Below are positions 22,264 through 31,311 of a stretch of DNA of 42,687 nt, piece after piece. The translations under genes and the position numbers were made by a program. Position 1 is the first letter of the stretch. Every line of letters starts with the position of its first letter. The notes beneath the pieces were generated by a model, which did no database searches, was not told where the DNA came from, and worked only from the letters and a program-made list of their open reading frames with translations. Source of the DNA: an uncultured Clostridium sp. GTDB taxonomy: Bacteria > Bacillota > Clostridia > TANB77 > CAG-508. The DNA lies in assembly GCA_964620415.1 (NCBI GenBank), contig CAZUHD010000001.1, forward strand, positions 18,768 through 61,454. Direction: 5' to 3'.

Positions 22264-22482
22264 TTATTTTTCCATTCTAACATATTTTTTATATAGATAA
22301 TCACATTGTTCTTCTGTTATATCTCCATCTGTAAAAGCACTATTTATAGACCCCTGCAATTCATTTATTAAACAATCTAAATAAGAAACTTTATCTTTAA
22401 TTCCTTTTTTTAAGTTTTTTAAATCCTCTTCTAAATATTCAGGTAAACATTTTTCTAAAATATTTTCATTTTCTTCTTTCAT
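22264..22482 (-). CDS. Small acidic helical protein, putative partner/antitoxin of the HipA-like kinase
   Basis: About 72 aa from ATG 22482 (RBS GAGGGGAG); directly upstream of the kinase. Confidence 0.6.
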   Translation of the reverse strand: MKEENENILEKCLPEYLEEDLKNLKKGIKDKVSYLDCLINELQGSINSAFTDGDITEEQCDYLYKKYVRMEK

Positions 22483-22530
22483 AGCATCTCCCCTCAAGAC
22501 TTGTCTAAATATTTTTGCTGTCTTTTCTCT

Positions 22531-23970
22531 TTATTCTTTGCTTATCCATACAGATACAGATTTTTCATTTACTTTAAAATTGCCAAATCCCTCATCATCT
22601 ATTACTATTTCTTCTCTTATATTTGACATTGCATCTATAAATTTTTTATTTGTAAATTTTTTACCAATATACATCCTTTTTTCTCTATATCCTGAGTTTG
22701 AAATAATAACTGCTATTCCTGAATTTATATGTTCTTCATCTCCTTCTCTTGTCCATCCTATACAGTTTTTATCATCAAAGTAATCATTTTGTTTTCCATA
22801 TGCCACTTCTTTTCTTAGTTTTATTAGTGTTTTTATTTCTTCTAATGGTTTAATTTCAAATTTTGGTATACCATATAAATCTCCATAAAAAACACATGGA
22901 TAGCCATCATTTCTCAAAAGTATTATACTATATGCAGGAATTTTAAACCAGTTATTTATGTAACTTTCTAATGCTTGCCCTATTTCAGTATCATGATTAT
23001 CAACAAATGTTACCGCTTTAAGAGGGTTTTCTTTTAATAAAGTTTTATTTAATATTTCTCGTAAGTCATAATTATCATCTTTAGATGCCGAAAAAAAGTT
23101 ATAATGCAAAGGTACATCAAATAATGAAATTTCTCCTTCTACATCTGTTAAGTATCTGTGCAGTTTATTTACATCTCCTGACCAATATTCTCCTACTGTA
23201 AATAATTCTTTATTACTTAAATTTCTTAAGTCTCTTATCCATTCTTTATAAAACCTAGCAGAAATATGCTTTACTGCATCTAATCTAAATCCATCTACAT
23301 CTGTAAGTTCTAAATACCACTTCCCCCATTTATGACATTCTTCTCTTACTTCTTCGTTTCCAAAGTCTAAATCTGCTCCCATTAAATAATCGTAATTTTC
23401 AAATTCATCATCTACTTTTCTTTCCCAAACCTTATCTTTAAACTTAAATAAGGCTTTTTCTCCATTTGCCATGTTATAGTCAATACCATCAAAATGAGTC
23501 CAATTCCATTTAAAGTCTGAATATTTATTGTTTCTTCCTGGAAAAGTATATTTAGTTGCAACTTTTACTGTTTCCAAGTCTCCTACTTCTTGTTTATGAT
23601 TTTCCCATTCTATTTTTGTTGCTGGTATTGTTTGAACTATATCTGCTCCCATTTTATGATTTAAAACTATATCTGCATAAACTTGTATTCCTCCTTTCTT
23701 TAATGTTTGTATACAATTTATATATTCATCTTTAGAGCCATATTTTGTTTTTATAGTGCCTTTTTGGTCAAATTCTCCTAAATCATATACATCATATACT
23801 CCATATCCTACTTCGTCCTTTCCCCCAGCACCTTTATATGCAGGTGGAAGCCATATAGCAGTTATTCCTAACTTTGCTAAGTTTTCTGTTTCTTTTGAAA
23901 TGTCATTCCACAAGTTTTGATTACATTCCATATACCATTCAAAATATTGTATCATTACTCCATTTGTCAT
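22531..23970 (-). CDS. amyA: Cytoplasmic GH13 alpha-amylase (AmyA/AmyS type)
   Basis: MIQYFEWY, GYGVYDVYDLGEFDQKG, DGFRLDAVKH, GEYW and FVDNHD motifs. Confidence 0.92.
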   Translation of the reverse strand: MTNGVMIQYFEWYMECNQNLWNDISKETENLAKLGITAIWLPPAYKGAGGKDEVGYGVYDVYDLGEFDQKGTIKTKYGSKDEYINCIQTLKKGGIQVYADIVLNHKMGADIVQTIPATKIEWENHKQEVGDLETVKVATKYTFPGRNNKYSDFKWNWTHFDGIDYNMANGEKALFKFKDKVWERKVDDEFENYDYLMGADLDFGNEEVREECHKWGKWYLELTDVDGFRLDAVKHISARFYKEWIRDLRNLSNKELFTVGEYWSGDVNKLHRYLTDVEGEISLFDVPLHYNFFSASKDDNYDLREILNKTLLKENPLKAVTFVDNHDTEIGQALESYINNWFKIPAYSIILLRNDGYPCVFYGDLYGIPKFEIKPLEEIKTLIKLRKEVAYGKQNDYFDDKNCIGWTREGDEEHINSGIAVIISNSGYREKRMYIGKKFTNKKFIDAMSNIREEIVIDDEGFGNFKVNEKSVSVWISKE

Positions 23971-24066
23971 ATGTTTTATCTCCTACATCAATCTATTTTT
24001 TTCTTTTGTATTTTACATTATATTACTACTTAATAATAAAAGCAAATAATTTTTTTATTAATTTTC

Positions 24067-25236
24067 CTAAAATAATTTATATAATTCTTTCAATGGTACA
24101 TTATTTTTTTCTGCAATTTCCTTAATACTTTCATATTCAGGATAAATATAATTTTCTCCATCATTAACTACTTTTTTCACTTTTATTTTTCCATATTTTG
24201 TATCAATTTCATCCAATTCCCTTTTTAAAATTGTTCTACTTTCATATCGATACCTAATACCAATTGTAGTAGTTTGTCGAAAAATAATATTTTGTAATTT
24301 AGCAATATCTTCTTTCTTACAAGCTACAGAAAGTCTATATGCAGGTCTATTTTTCTTCATAAATATTGGTGTATAAAACACATCTAAAGCCCCATTTTCA
24401 AACAGTTTTTCTTGAGTATAGCCAATAATTTCGCCACTACAGTCATCAATATTTGTTTCCATAACTACAACATCTTGATCTTGCTTTTCATTTTCCATTT
24501 CTCCCATGCTTACTTTAAGCACATTTGGAAAGTTTAAATCTTTATAACCTGCACCCCAGCCAATCTTTTTAATATTCATAGTAGGCATATTTCCAAAAGA
24601 TTGAGCAATTTCTGCAATTATTGCAGCACCTGTGGGAGTTACAAGTTCTGTATCAACATCTATCTGTTTACATATTACATTTGAAGAAGCAAATATCTCA
24701 CTTGTTGCTGGAACAGGAACAATAATAGTACCATGTGCACATTCTATAAAACCATGTCCATCATTTACTATGCTAGAAATAATCTTATCAGGTTTTATTT
24801 TATTTATTAAAATAGCAGTTCCGACAATATCTATAATAGAATCAATTGCACCTACCTCATGAAAATGTATCTCATTTAAAGGTTTATTATGAACTTTACC
24901 TTCCGCATTTGCAACTCTTAAAAAAATTCTTTTAGCCATTGTTTTGCTTTTATCATCGACAGAGCTTTTATCAATAATATCTTCGATCATCTGTAAATTT
25001 CTGTGTTCATGATGATACTCATGATCCAAAATAACATCAACATAAGTTCCTGCTATTCCATTTTTTACTTTTTTAGAAATTTCTATTTTATATCCACCAA
25101 GATTTAATTTTTTAATTTCATTTAGAAAAAAATCTTCATCTCCTAATATTTCTAATAAAGCTCCAAGAGTCATATTACCACTTATGCCACTTGAGCAATC
25201 AAAATATAAAACTTTCATCTTCAACTTCTCCTTCAT
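24067..25236 (-). CDS. larC: Nickel pincer cofactor biosynthesis protein LarC
   Basis: GISGNMTLGAL, HFHEVGAIDSIIDI, PVPAT, ELVTPTGAAI, ETNIDD and TTTIGIR motifs. Confidence 0.92.
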   Translation of the reverse strand: MKEKLKMKVLYFDCSSGISGNMTLGALLEILGDEDFFLNEIKKLNLGGYKIEISKKVKNGIAGTYVDVILDHEYHHEHRNLQMIEDIIDKSSVDDKSKTMAKRIFLRVANAEGKVHNKPLNEIHFHEVGAIDSIIDIVGTAILINKIKPDKIISSIVNDGHGFIECAHGTIIVPVPATSEIFASSNVICKQIDVDTELVTPTGAAIIAEIAQSFGNMPTMNIKKIGWGAGYKDLNFPNVLKVSMGEMENEKQDQDVVVMETNIDDCSGEIIGYTQEKLFENGALDVFYTPIFMKKNRPAYRLSVACKKEDIAKLQNIIFRQTTTIGIRYRYESRTILKRELDEIDTKYGKIKVKKVVNDGENYIYPEYESIKEIAEKNNVPLKELYKLF

Positions 25237-25293
25237 TTAGTCTATTATAAAATCTTATTTTGTAAAATATCTCTCATATCTTTTTCTAACTTA

Positions 25294-25333
25294 AAAGAAA
25301 TGTGATTTATACAATATATATCACATTTCTTTT
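25294..25333 (-). terminator. Terminator hairpin
   Basis: AAAAGAAATGTGAT / ATCACATTTCTTTT. Confidence 0.6.
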
Positions 25334-25431
25334 TAATTTTAAATACTATAATTTTATTTTTATTTTATTTTTATTTAATTTTTTGTAACTAGAAAGTAAA
25401 AATAATTATTCCTACTAAATTGTAACAATTT

Positions 25432-26331
25432 TTAACGTCCATCATCTTTACTTTGTCCTGTTGGAGCTTCTGGTAAATTTGAGTTCCCTCTTTCATTTTC
25501 TTTTATTAGTAAAAAAGACATTTGTGTTAAAGGGATATTGCTATTATATCTTTTCCCTTCCCCATTTTCCCCAAGTTTTAAAAGTCTTCTTTTAAGTGCT
25601 GATGTTGACCTATCTTTCATATTTGCTTCTTCTCTTGGTGTATATATAATTTTTACCCCTTCTATTTTCGTATTTTTAAAATCATTTAATAAATCTGAAC
25701 CATAAAATACAGCTAATTCATCATTTCCATATTTGCTCCTTATCCAGTCAACTGCTACTTGTAAATCCCTAGTATAATAAAGGTATACATCATGCACATA
25801 TTTCAAGTGTCTTATTATTTCCATTCTTTCATAATCATGTATAATTGGATCACTTTTTTTATGACTTCTAACTAATTCATCTGCTTTTACTCCAACAATT
25901 AATATATCACACTGACTTGCTGCTATTCCTAAATGTTCTGCATGACCTGCATGAAATAAATCAAATGTACCAGGGACATATCCATATTTATACGGTTTTT
26001 CTTTTGGTTCTTCTTTCTTTTGGCTTTCTTCTTTATATTTATAATATCTCTCTTCTAAATTTTTTCTTATTATTTTTTTATCTAAAGAACTTATTTTAAA
26101 AGTAAAATCTACTCCTCTAATTTGTTCCATAATTTTCATTCTATCATCCGCTTTTTTTAGTGGAGTACCCATTCCCATAGCCTCACATAAATTATCATCA
26201 TATATTCCTACTGCAAAAATTTTAGCTCCACTTACTTTTGCCATTTGAATTTCTCTATCTAGTGCTTTTAAATCAGATGCTCTCAAATTATCGAAAGCAC
26301 CCCTTACATAATAAATGTTACTATCACTCAT
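25432..26331 (-). CDS. Tandem cytidylyltransferase-like (HxGH) domain protein
   Basis: Second domain GTFDLFHAGH..GVKADE..ERMEII..YGSD..STS; degenerate first domain GAFDNLRASD. Confidence 0.8.
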   Translation of the reverse strand: MSDSNIYYVRGAFDNLRASDLKALDREIQMAKVSGAKIFAVGIYDDNLCEAMGMGTPLKKADDRMKIMEQIRGVDFTFKISSLDKKIIRKNLEERYYKYKEESQKKEEPKEKPYKYGYVPGTFDLFHAGHAEHLGIAASQCDILIVGVKADELVRSHKKSDPIIHDYERMEIIRHLKYVHDVYLYYTRDLQVAVDWIRSKYGNDELAVFYGSDLLNDFKNTKIEGVKIIYTPREEANMKDRSTSALKRRLLKLGENGEGKRYNSNIPLTQMSFLLIKENERGNSNLPEAPTGQSKDDGR

Positions 26332-26344
26332 ACTACATCACCCC

Positions 26345-26851
26345 TTATACTAATTTTTTATATGTATTCCATTTAATATCATTTTTCTTAATTTCTTCTA
26401 TTACTCTTCTTAAATCTAAACTAGAAACTTCATCTATTAACTTATATATTAATTCTAATGTAAATACCTTTGGAGTTCCTTCTTTAAAGGATATTTTATC
26501 TTTTACTTCATCAATTACATTAACATTGTATTTATTAATTATTTCTTTATTTGTACAATCATAATCTTTATAAATTTGAGGTTTTTCTAATTTATCTAAA
26601 TATTTATTGTAAAATAAATAATCTGTAGTAAGGTGCAAAAAAATTCCTAAATCATAATCTGTCTTTATTTCATTGTTTTCCAAAAAGTTATTTAAATTAG
26701 TATATGCAGGAGATTTACCATAATGGCTTTTAGATTTATCTGAAACTAGATCTGGTGCAATATTTCCTACTAAAAAATCATTTGACATTTCTTTTTTATT
26801 TTTCCTTAAATATTCGCATCCCACTGCTAAATGTATTACATATCCTGGCAT
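26345..26851 (-). CDS. Zinc-dependent phospholipase C-like/HD-type hydrolase
   Basis: MPGYVIHLAV, GNIAPD, SHY and GIFLHLTTD motifs. Confidence 0.75.
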   Translation of the reverse strand: MPGYVIHLAVGCEYLRKNKKEMSNDFLVGNIAPDLVSDKSKSHYGKSPAYTNLNNFLENNEIKTDYDLGIFLHLTTDYLFYNKYLDKLEKPQIYKDYDCTNKEIINKYNVNVIDEVKDKISFKEGTPKVFTLELIYKLIDEVSSLDLRRVIEEIKKNDIKWNTYKKLV

Positions 26852-26956
26852 ATCTTTTTCCTCCTAATTTACATACTATTTATATTGTACCATATTTTTC
26901 CTATTTTGTATAGCAAATATTTAATAGAATTTTAGATGTGTTTCTTTGTTAATCTT

Positions 26957-27000
26957 TAAAAGACTATATAATTACTAAAAAGTAACTATATAGTCTTTTT
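26957..27000 (-). terminator. Terminator after spoVS
   Basis: AAAAGACTATATA / TATATAGTCTTTT. Confidence 0.65.
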
Positions 27001-27016
27001 ATCTCTCTAACTCATT

Positions 27017-27280
27017 TTATTTTCTGGATTCCACAATAAGTTTTATTCCAGTTCTATCTTCTCCCTCAACTTCAACTTCTGCAAATGCTGGTATACAGAC
27101 TAAATCTACTCCAGCTGGTGCTACAAAACCTCTTGCTATAGCTACTGCCTTTACTGCTTGATTTAGAGCTCCTGCACCAATCGCTTGCATTTCTGCTCTT
27201 TGTGACTCTTTAATCAATCCTGCAATAGCTCCTGCTACCGAATTAGGATTTGATTTACTTGAAATTTTTAAAATTTCCAT
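27017..27280 (-). CDS. spoVS: Stage V sporulation protein S
   Basis: MEILKISSKSNPNSVAGAIAG..AIGAGALNQAVKAVAIARGF. Confidence 0.96.
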   Translation of the reverse strand: MEILKISSKSNPNSVAGAIAGLIKESQRAEMQAIGAGALNQAVKAVAIARGFVAPAGVDLVCIPAFAEVEVEGEDRTGIKLIVESRK

Positions 27281-27398
27281 TTTCTTTTGCCTCCTATAAT
27301 TTTATTTTTTTTGTTGCAACTTTTTCATTTTGTATTTTACAACATTTTTATAATTTTGTCCATACCTTTTTGGAAATTTTTTCCATTTTTTCGTCGCG

Positions 27399-28284
27399 CT
27401 ATTCGACTTTTTTAGACCTTTCATCAAGTACATTGTAAATTGTTTCCTTAATAAATTTTGCAGAAGAACTTGGTGCAACTTTTCCGAGGCAATGCTAAAG
27501 CCCATACAAATTTAAGACCCATTTTTATCGCAGTTTTACTATCTATTCCACCTGGAGCTGATGCTAAATCTATTAATAAAACATTTGGATCCATATGTTT
27601 TAGTTCTCTTTCTCCAATAATTTGTTCAGGCACTGTATTTATTATTATGTCAAAATCTTTTAAATCATATATCATATCATTTATATCTAAAGCCTGATAA
27701 CCATATGCTTTTATCCATGCTATATCAGATACTTTTCTTGCACTACAAGTAACATTTGCTGAAAGCAAACTAAATTTATTAGCAACTGTCTTTGCAACTC
27801 TACCGAATCCTAAAATCAGTACTCTTCTTCCTTGTAGAATTTCGTCAGTATTTTCTATAGCTACTTTTATTGTACCTTCTGCTGTAGCAATTGTATTAAG
27901 AATAGCAAGTTCTTCTCTCTTCATTATATCTACTACATCTAAATATTTTGAAGACAAGTTTTCTTTTATTTCATCATTTAAGCTTCCTGCTATCAACATT
28001 TTTGATTTATGTGTTTTTAATAAATCCTCTATTTTTATTTTTTCTTCAGAAAAAGGTGTATTTATTGTTTGACCATTACTAGAAAATGGTACAGGAGCTA
28101 TAATAATTTGTGCTCTATCAATTCCATCTTTTAAAGAATTACATCTTTCTATAAGTGCATTATCTAATATTTCATCAGACATCTCCTGTGCATACGAATA
28201 AACTTTATTTCCATCTTCTGCTAGCATTCCTGCAAGTCTAATACTCCTTAAATCCCCACCTAATACCAAAAATTTATGTTTCAT
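27399..28284 (-). CDS. dpaA: Dipicolinate synthase subunit A (SpoVFA), with a +1 frameshift at CGG 27486-27484 (about 294 aa joined)
   Basis: LGGDLR, N.IATAEG, LGFGRVA, INTVP, IDLASAPGG; ALALP continues in +1 as GKVAPSSSAKFI. Confidence 0.9.
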
Positions 28285-28358
28285 GAGAAAATCCTCCTAT
28301 ATTATTATTATATATATAATTTTATTTTTTAAACTTAAAAATGTTACTATATAATCAA

Positions 28359-28778
28359 TTATTGTTTGTTATCTTTTAATACGTAGTTTTCGATTATTTG
28401 TTTTACTCTATCATAATTTTTTGTTAAATATAAATACCCTATTAATGCTTCAAATGCAGTTGCATACATATATTCATGTACACTTGAATTTTTAGGTAAA
28501 TGATGATTATTTGTATTTCTTGCTCTTCTTACAATGTCTTTTTCATCATCTGACAATTTATCATATAAGTTTTTTAATATTTCAGCTTGTGCCCCTGCTT
28601 TTACATATTTAATAGTTTCAATATGTAATTTATGTGGATTTAATTTTGTATTATCCACTAAATATGTTCTAATATATAGCTCATATATACAATCTCCTAT
28701 ATATGCCCATATAAGCGGAGACATTTGGTTTATATCTTCTTCACTTTTCTTTATTGGTATAAATTCTTCTATATTCAC
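28359..28778 (-). CDS. mrnC: Mini-ribonuclease III
   Basis: AYIGDCIYELYIR, YVKAGAQA, RRARN and ATAFEALIGYLYL motifs. Confidence 0.92.
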   Translation of the reverse strand: MNIEEFIPIKKSEEDINQMSPLIWAYIGDCIYELYIRTYLVDNTKLNPHKLHIETIKYVKAGAQAEILKNLYDKLSDDEKDIVRRARNTNNHHLPKNSSVHEYMYATAFEALIGYLYLTKNYDRVKQIIENYVLKDNKQ

Positions 28779-28781
28779 TTA

Positions 28782-29706
28782 TTACATCCTTTCTACTAAT
28801 TCAATGGTAATATTTCCCATTTTACCACTTCTAAAGTCTTCAATTATAATTTTTGAAGTTTTTTCATCATCTATTTGTCCTCCGAGACATAATGCACCCT
28901 CTTTTTCTTCCTATTTCTTGCATTATTTCATATATATTTACATTTTCAGGATCATCTTTTGAAAGTGTATTTTCTATATACTCCTCTGTTAATTTATATC
29001 TTTCTATTATATTTCCTCTATAATTTTTTAATAAAAACTTCAATAATTCATAAGCTACTTCTGTTATTGGTAATATATCATCTTTTATTGTACCTACAAA
29101 AGAAAGATTAAGTCCTACTTTTTCATCATCTATTTTAGGCCATAAAATGCCTGCTGTATCTAATAAGTCTATTTTATCGTTTATTCTCATCCATTGTTTC
29201 TTTTTTGTAACACCTGGCTTATTTGCCACTGCCATTTTTGTATTTTTAGATACTTTATTTATAAAAGAAGATTTGCCTACATTAGGAATACCAAGTACAA
29301 TTGCTTTTATTTTTCTTCCTATTCTTCCTTTTTGAGTATCATTATCTTTCTTTTCTATATTTAATTTTTCTATTTCAGATATTACTTCATTTATGCCTTG
29401 TCCAGTAGAACAATTCGCTAAAACTGCAATTTGTCCTTGTTCTTTAAAATATTTTACCCATAGCTTGTTTTGTTCCTTATCTGCTAAATCGCATTTATTT
29501 AGTACTATTATTTTTGATTTATTTTTTGTAAGCTCTACAATATCTGGATTTTGGCTAGATATTGGTATTCTGCTGTCTAAAATTTCAATTACAATATCTA
29601 CTAATTTTAAATCCTCTATTATTTCTTTTTTAGTTTTTGCCATATGTCCTGGATACCAGTTAATGTCAATTTTATGATCACTATTATTTTCATGGGTTTT
29701 ATCCAT
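28782..29706 (-). CDS. rbgA: Ribosome biogenesis GTPase RbgA/YlqF, with a +1 frameshift at CGG 28884-28882 (about 307 aa joined)
   Basis: WYPGHMAK, NKCDL, GIPNVGKSS, PGVT; KRGCIMS continues in +1 as GGQIDDEKTSKIIIEDFRSGKMGNITIE. Confidence 0.93.
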
Positions 29707-29806
29707 TTAGATTACTCCTATCTCTATAAATGAAGTTATTATTTCTTGATTTCTCCATTTTTTAATTTTTTATAATTCAAAAATTCATTATTTTTTGTGA
29801 TTTAAA

Positions 29807-29886
29807 TTTTTATATCCCAAATTTTTTGGTTTTTTTGGGATATATTTTTTTATATCCCAAATTTTTTCGATTTTTTGGCTTATAGA
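29807..29886. repeat. Two tandem 40-bp imperfect repeats, each internally palindromic
   Basis: TATATCCCAAATTTTTT at 29811 and 29851; first unit closes with TTGGGATATA. Confidence 0.75.
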
Positions 29887-29919
29887 TTTTTATATTTTAA
29901 ATCTTGTACTTTTATACAT

Positions 29920-31053
29920 TTAAAATAACTTTATATATTTTTCAAATAAATATATTTGATTTCTTTTAAAGCCTGTCGTTTCAACTAAAATACCTTCATT
30001 AACAAAAATTTTTATTATATTATCAATTGTTGTCATCTTTATTCCTGTCTTTTCCGAAATGATGTTTCTGTTTACTCTAGGTTCATTGTAAAGTAAATCT
30101 ATAACTTTTTTTGAATTGTCTGGTCTTATTGGTAATTCCATAATTTTATTATTCATCTCATTCGTGAATTTAATTACATTTTCAAACTTTACTCTTGCTG
30201 TCTTTGCTGTTTCTATTGTTGCTTCTAAAAAAAACTTTATCCATGAAATCATATCATTATTAGTTCTTACTCTACTTAAGAAATCATAGTAAGCATCTTT
30301 ATTCTTTTCAATATAATCTGATATATAGAAGCATGGCTTGTTTATTATTCCCTCACTTAATAGATAAATTGGAATTAAAATTCTTCCTGTTCTTCCATTT
30401 CCATCTAAAAATGGATGTATTGATTCAAACTGATAATGGATCATTGCAATTTTTATTAATTCTGGAACATTAATTTTTTCATTATTTATAAATTTTTCTA
30501 AATCACTTAAACAATTTCCTATCTCACTTGGTATTGGTGGTACATATACCGCATTATCTGGTCTTGTCCCACTTATCCAATTTTGTGAAGTTCTATATTC
30601 TCCAGGATTTTTATACTTTCCTCTAACATCCTTTAATAAAATCCCATGTATTTCTTTTATAAGTCTTGTACATACTGGTATTTCCTTAATTCTTTCTATT
30701 CCATAATTCATAGCTTCTACATAATTTTGAACTTCTTGCCAATCATCTCTCTTTTCAGGATCAACATCTAACTTTTCTAATAAGTCTTCATCAATTGTAG
30801 TTTTAGTTCCTTCAATTTTGCTTGATTTATTAGCTTCTACTTTTACATGCATCTTAATATAAATATCTATATTGGGAATTTGTTCAGCAAAGCCATTTAA
30901 AGTTCCAAGTTGTAAGTTTGCTTCAGATAATAATTTATTAAGTTCACTATCATTCCATATCCATTCATCATTTATTTTACTTGGAATAAATGCCTTATAA
31001 TCATTTACTTTTATATAGCTTCCTGATTTATAATCTTCTAATTTCTGCACCAA
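29920..31053 (-). CDS. Fic-family protein (class II type, with N-terminal inhibitory motif)
   Basis: HPFLDGNGRTGR Fic motif; SSKIEG inhibitory motif; probable C-terminal HTH. Confidence 0.92.
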   Translation of the reverse strand: MVQKLEDYKSGSYIKVNDYKAFIPSKINDEWIWNDSELNKLLSEANLQLGTLNGFAEQIPNIDIYIKMHVKVEANKSSKIEGTKTTIDEDLLEKLDVDPEKRDDWQEVQNYVEAMNYGIERIKEIPVCTRLIKEIHGILLKDVRGKYKNPGEYRTSQNWISGTRPDNAVYVPPIPSEIGNCLSDLEKFINNEKINVPELIKIAMIHYQFESIHPFLDGNGRTGRILIPIYLLSEGIINKPCFYISDYIEKNKDAYYDFLSRVRTNNDMISWIKFFLEATIETAKTARVKFENVIKFTNEMNNKIMELPIRPDNSKKVIDLLYNEPRVNRNIISEKTGIKMTTIDNIIKIFVNEGILVETTGFKRNQIYLFEKYIKLF

Positions 31054-31152
31054 TTATCACTCCTGTTCTTATCATTTTATTTTAATTTGTTTTTTTGCAT
31101 TATATCATACAAAACATTTTTTCGCAAGTTAATTTTTTATTTTCTGCTATAT

Positions 31153-31240
31153 AAAAAAAGCACCACATTTGGCTTGGCTGAGCTATGTGGTGTTTATCCT
31201 AAAACATTTTAGATAACACACATTGTTTGTAACTACTTAT
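31153..31240 (-). ncRNA. Candidate small RNA of about 85 nt
   Basis: Consensus promoter upstream, no convincing ORF, and an ACACCACAT/ATGTGGTGC + T7 terminator. Confidence 0.45.
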
Positions 31241-31246
31241 ATTTAT

Positions 31247-31274
31247 ATTATATACATTTTTTTATATTTGTCAA
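31247..31274 (-). promoter_or_regulatory. Sigma-A consensus promoter
   Basis: TTGACA-N16-TATAAT. Confidence 0.6.
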
Positions 31275-31311
31275 TTTTTTGGAAAATTTTACCACCTATA
31301 ATTTAAGACTT

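Noticed and set aside
25350-25385. TTTTA low-complexity tract
   Set aside because: Expected in AT-rich intergenic DNA
27302-27505. 67-aa ORF as the dpaA continuation
   Set aside because: Wrong frame; the true continuation (GKVAP...) is in the +1 frame and ends at 27399
1333-29706. Treating the eight split genes as ordinary pseudogenes or homopolymer errors
   Set aside because: All share the same in-frame CGG context, most are not in homopolymers, there is no other decay, and rbgA is included; read-level confirmation is still outstanding
29807-29886. CRISPR array
   Set aside because: Only two adjacent units, no unique spacers, no cas genes
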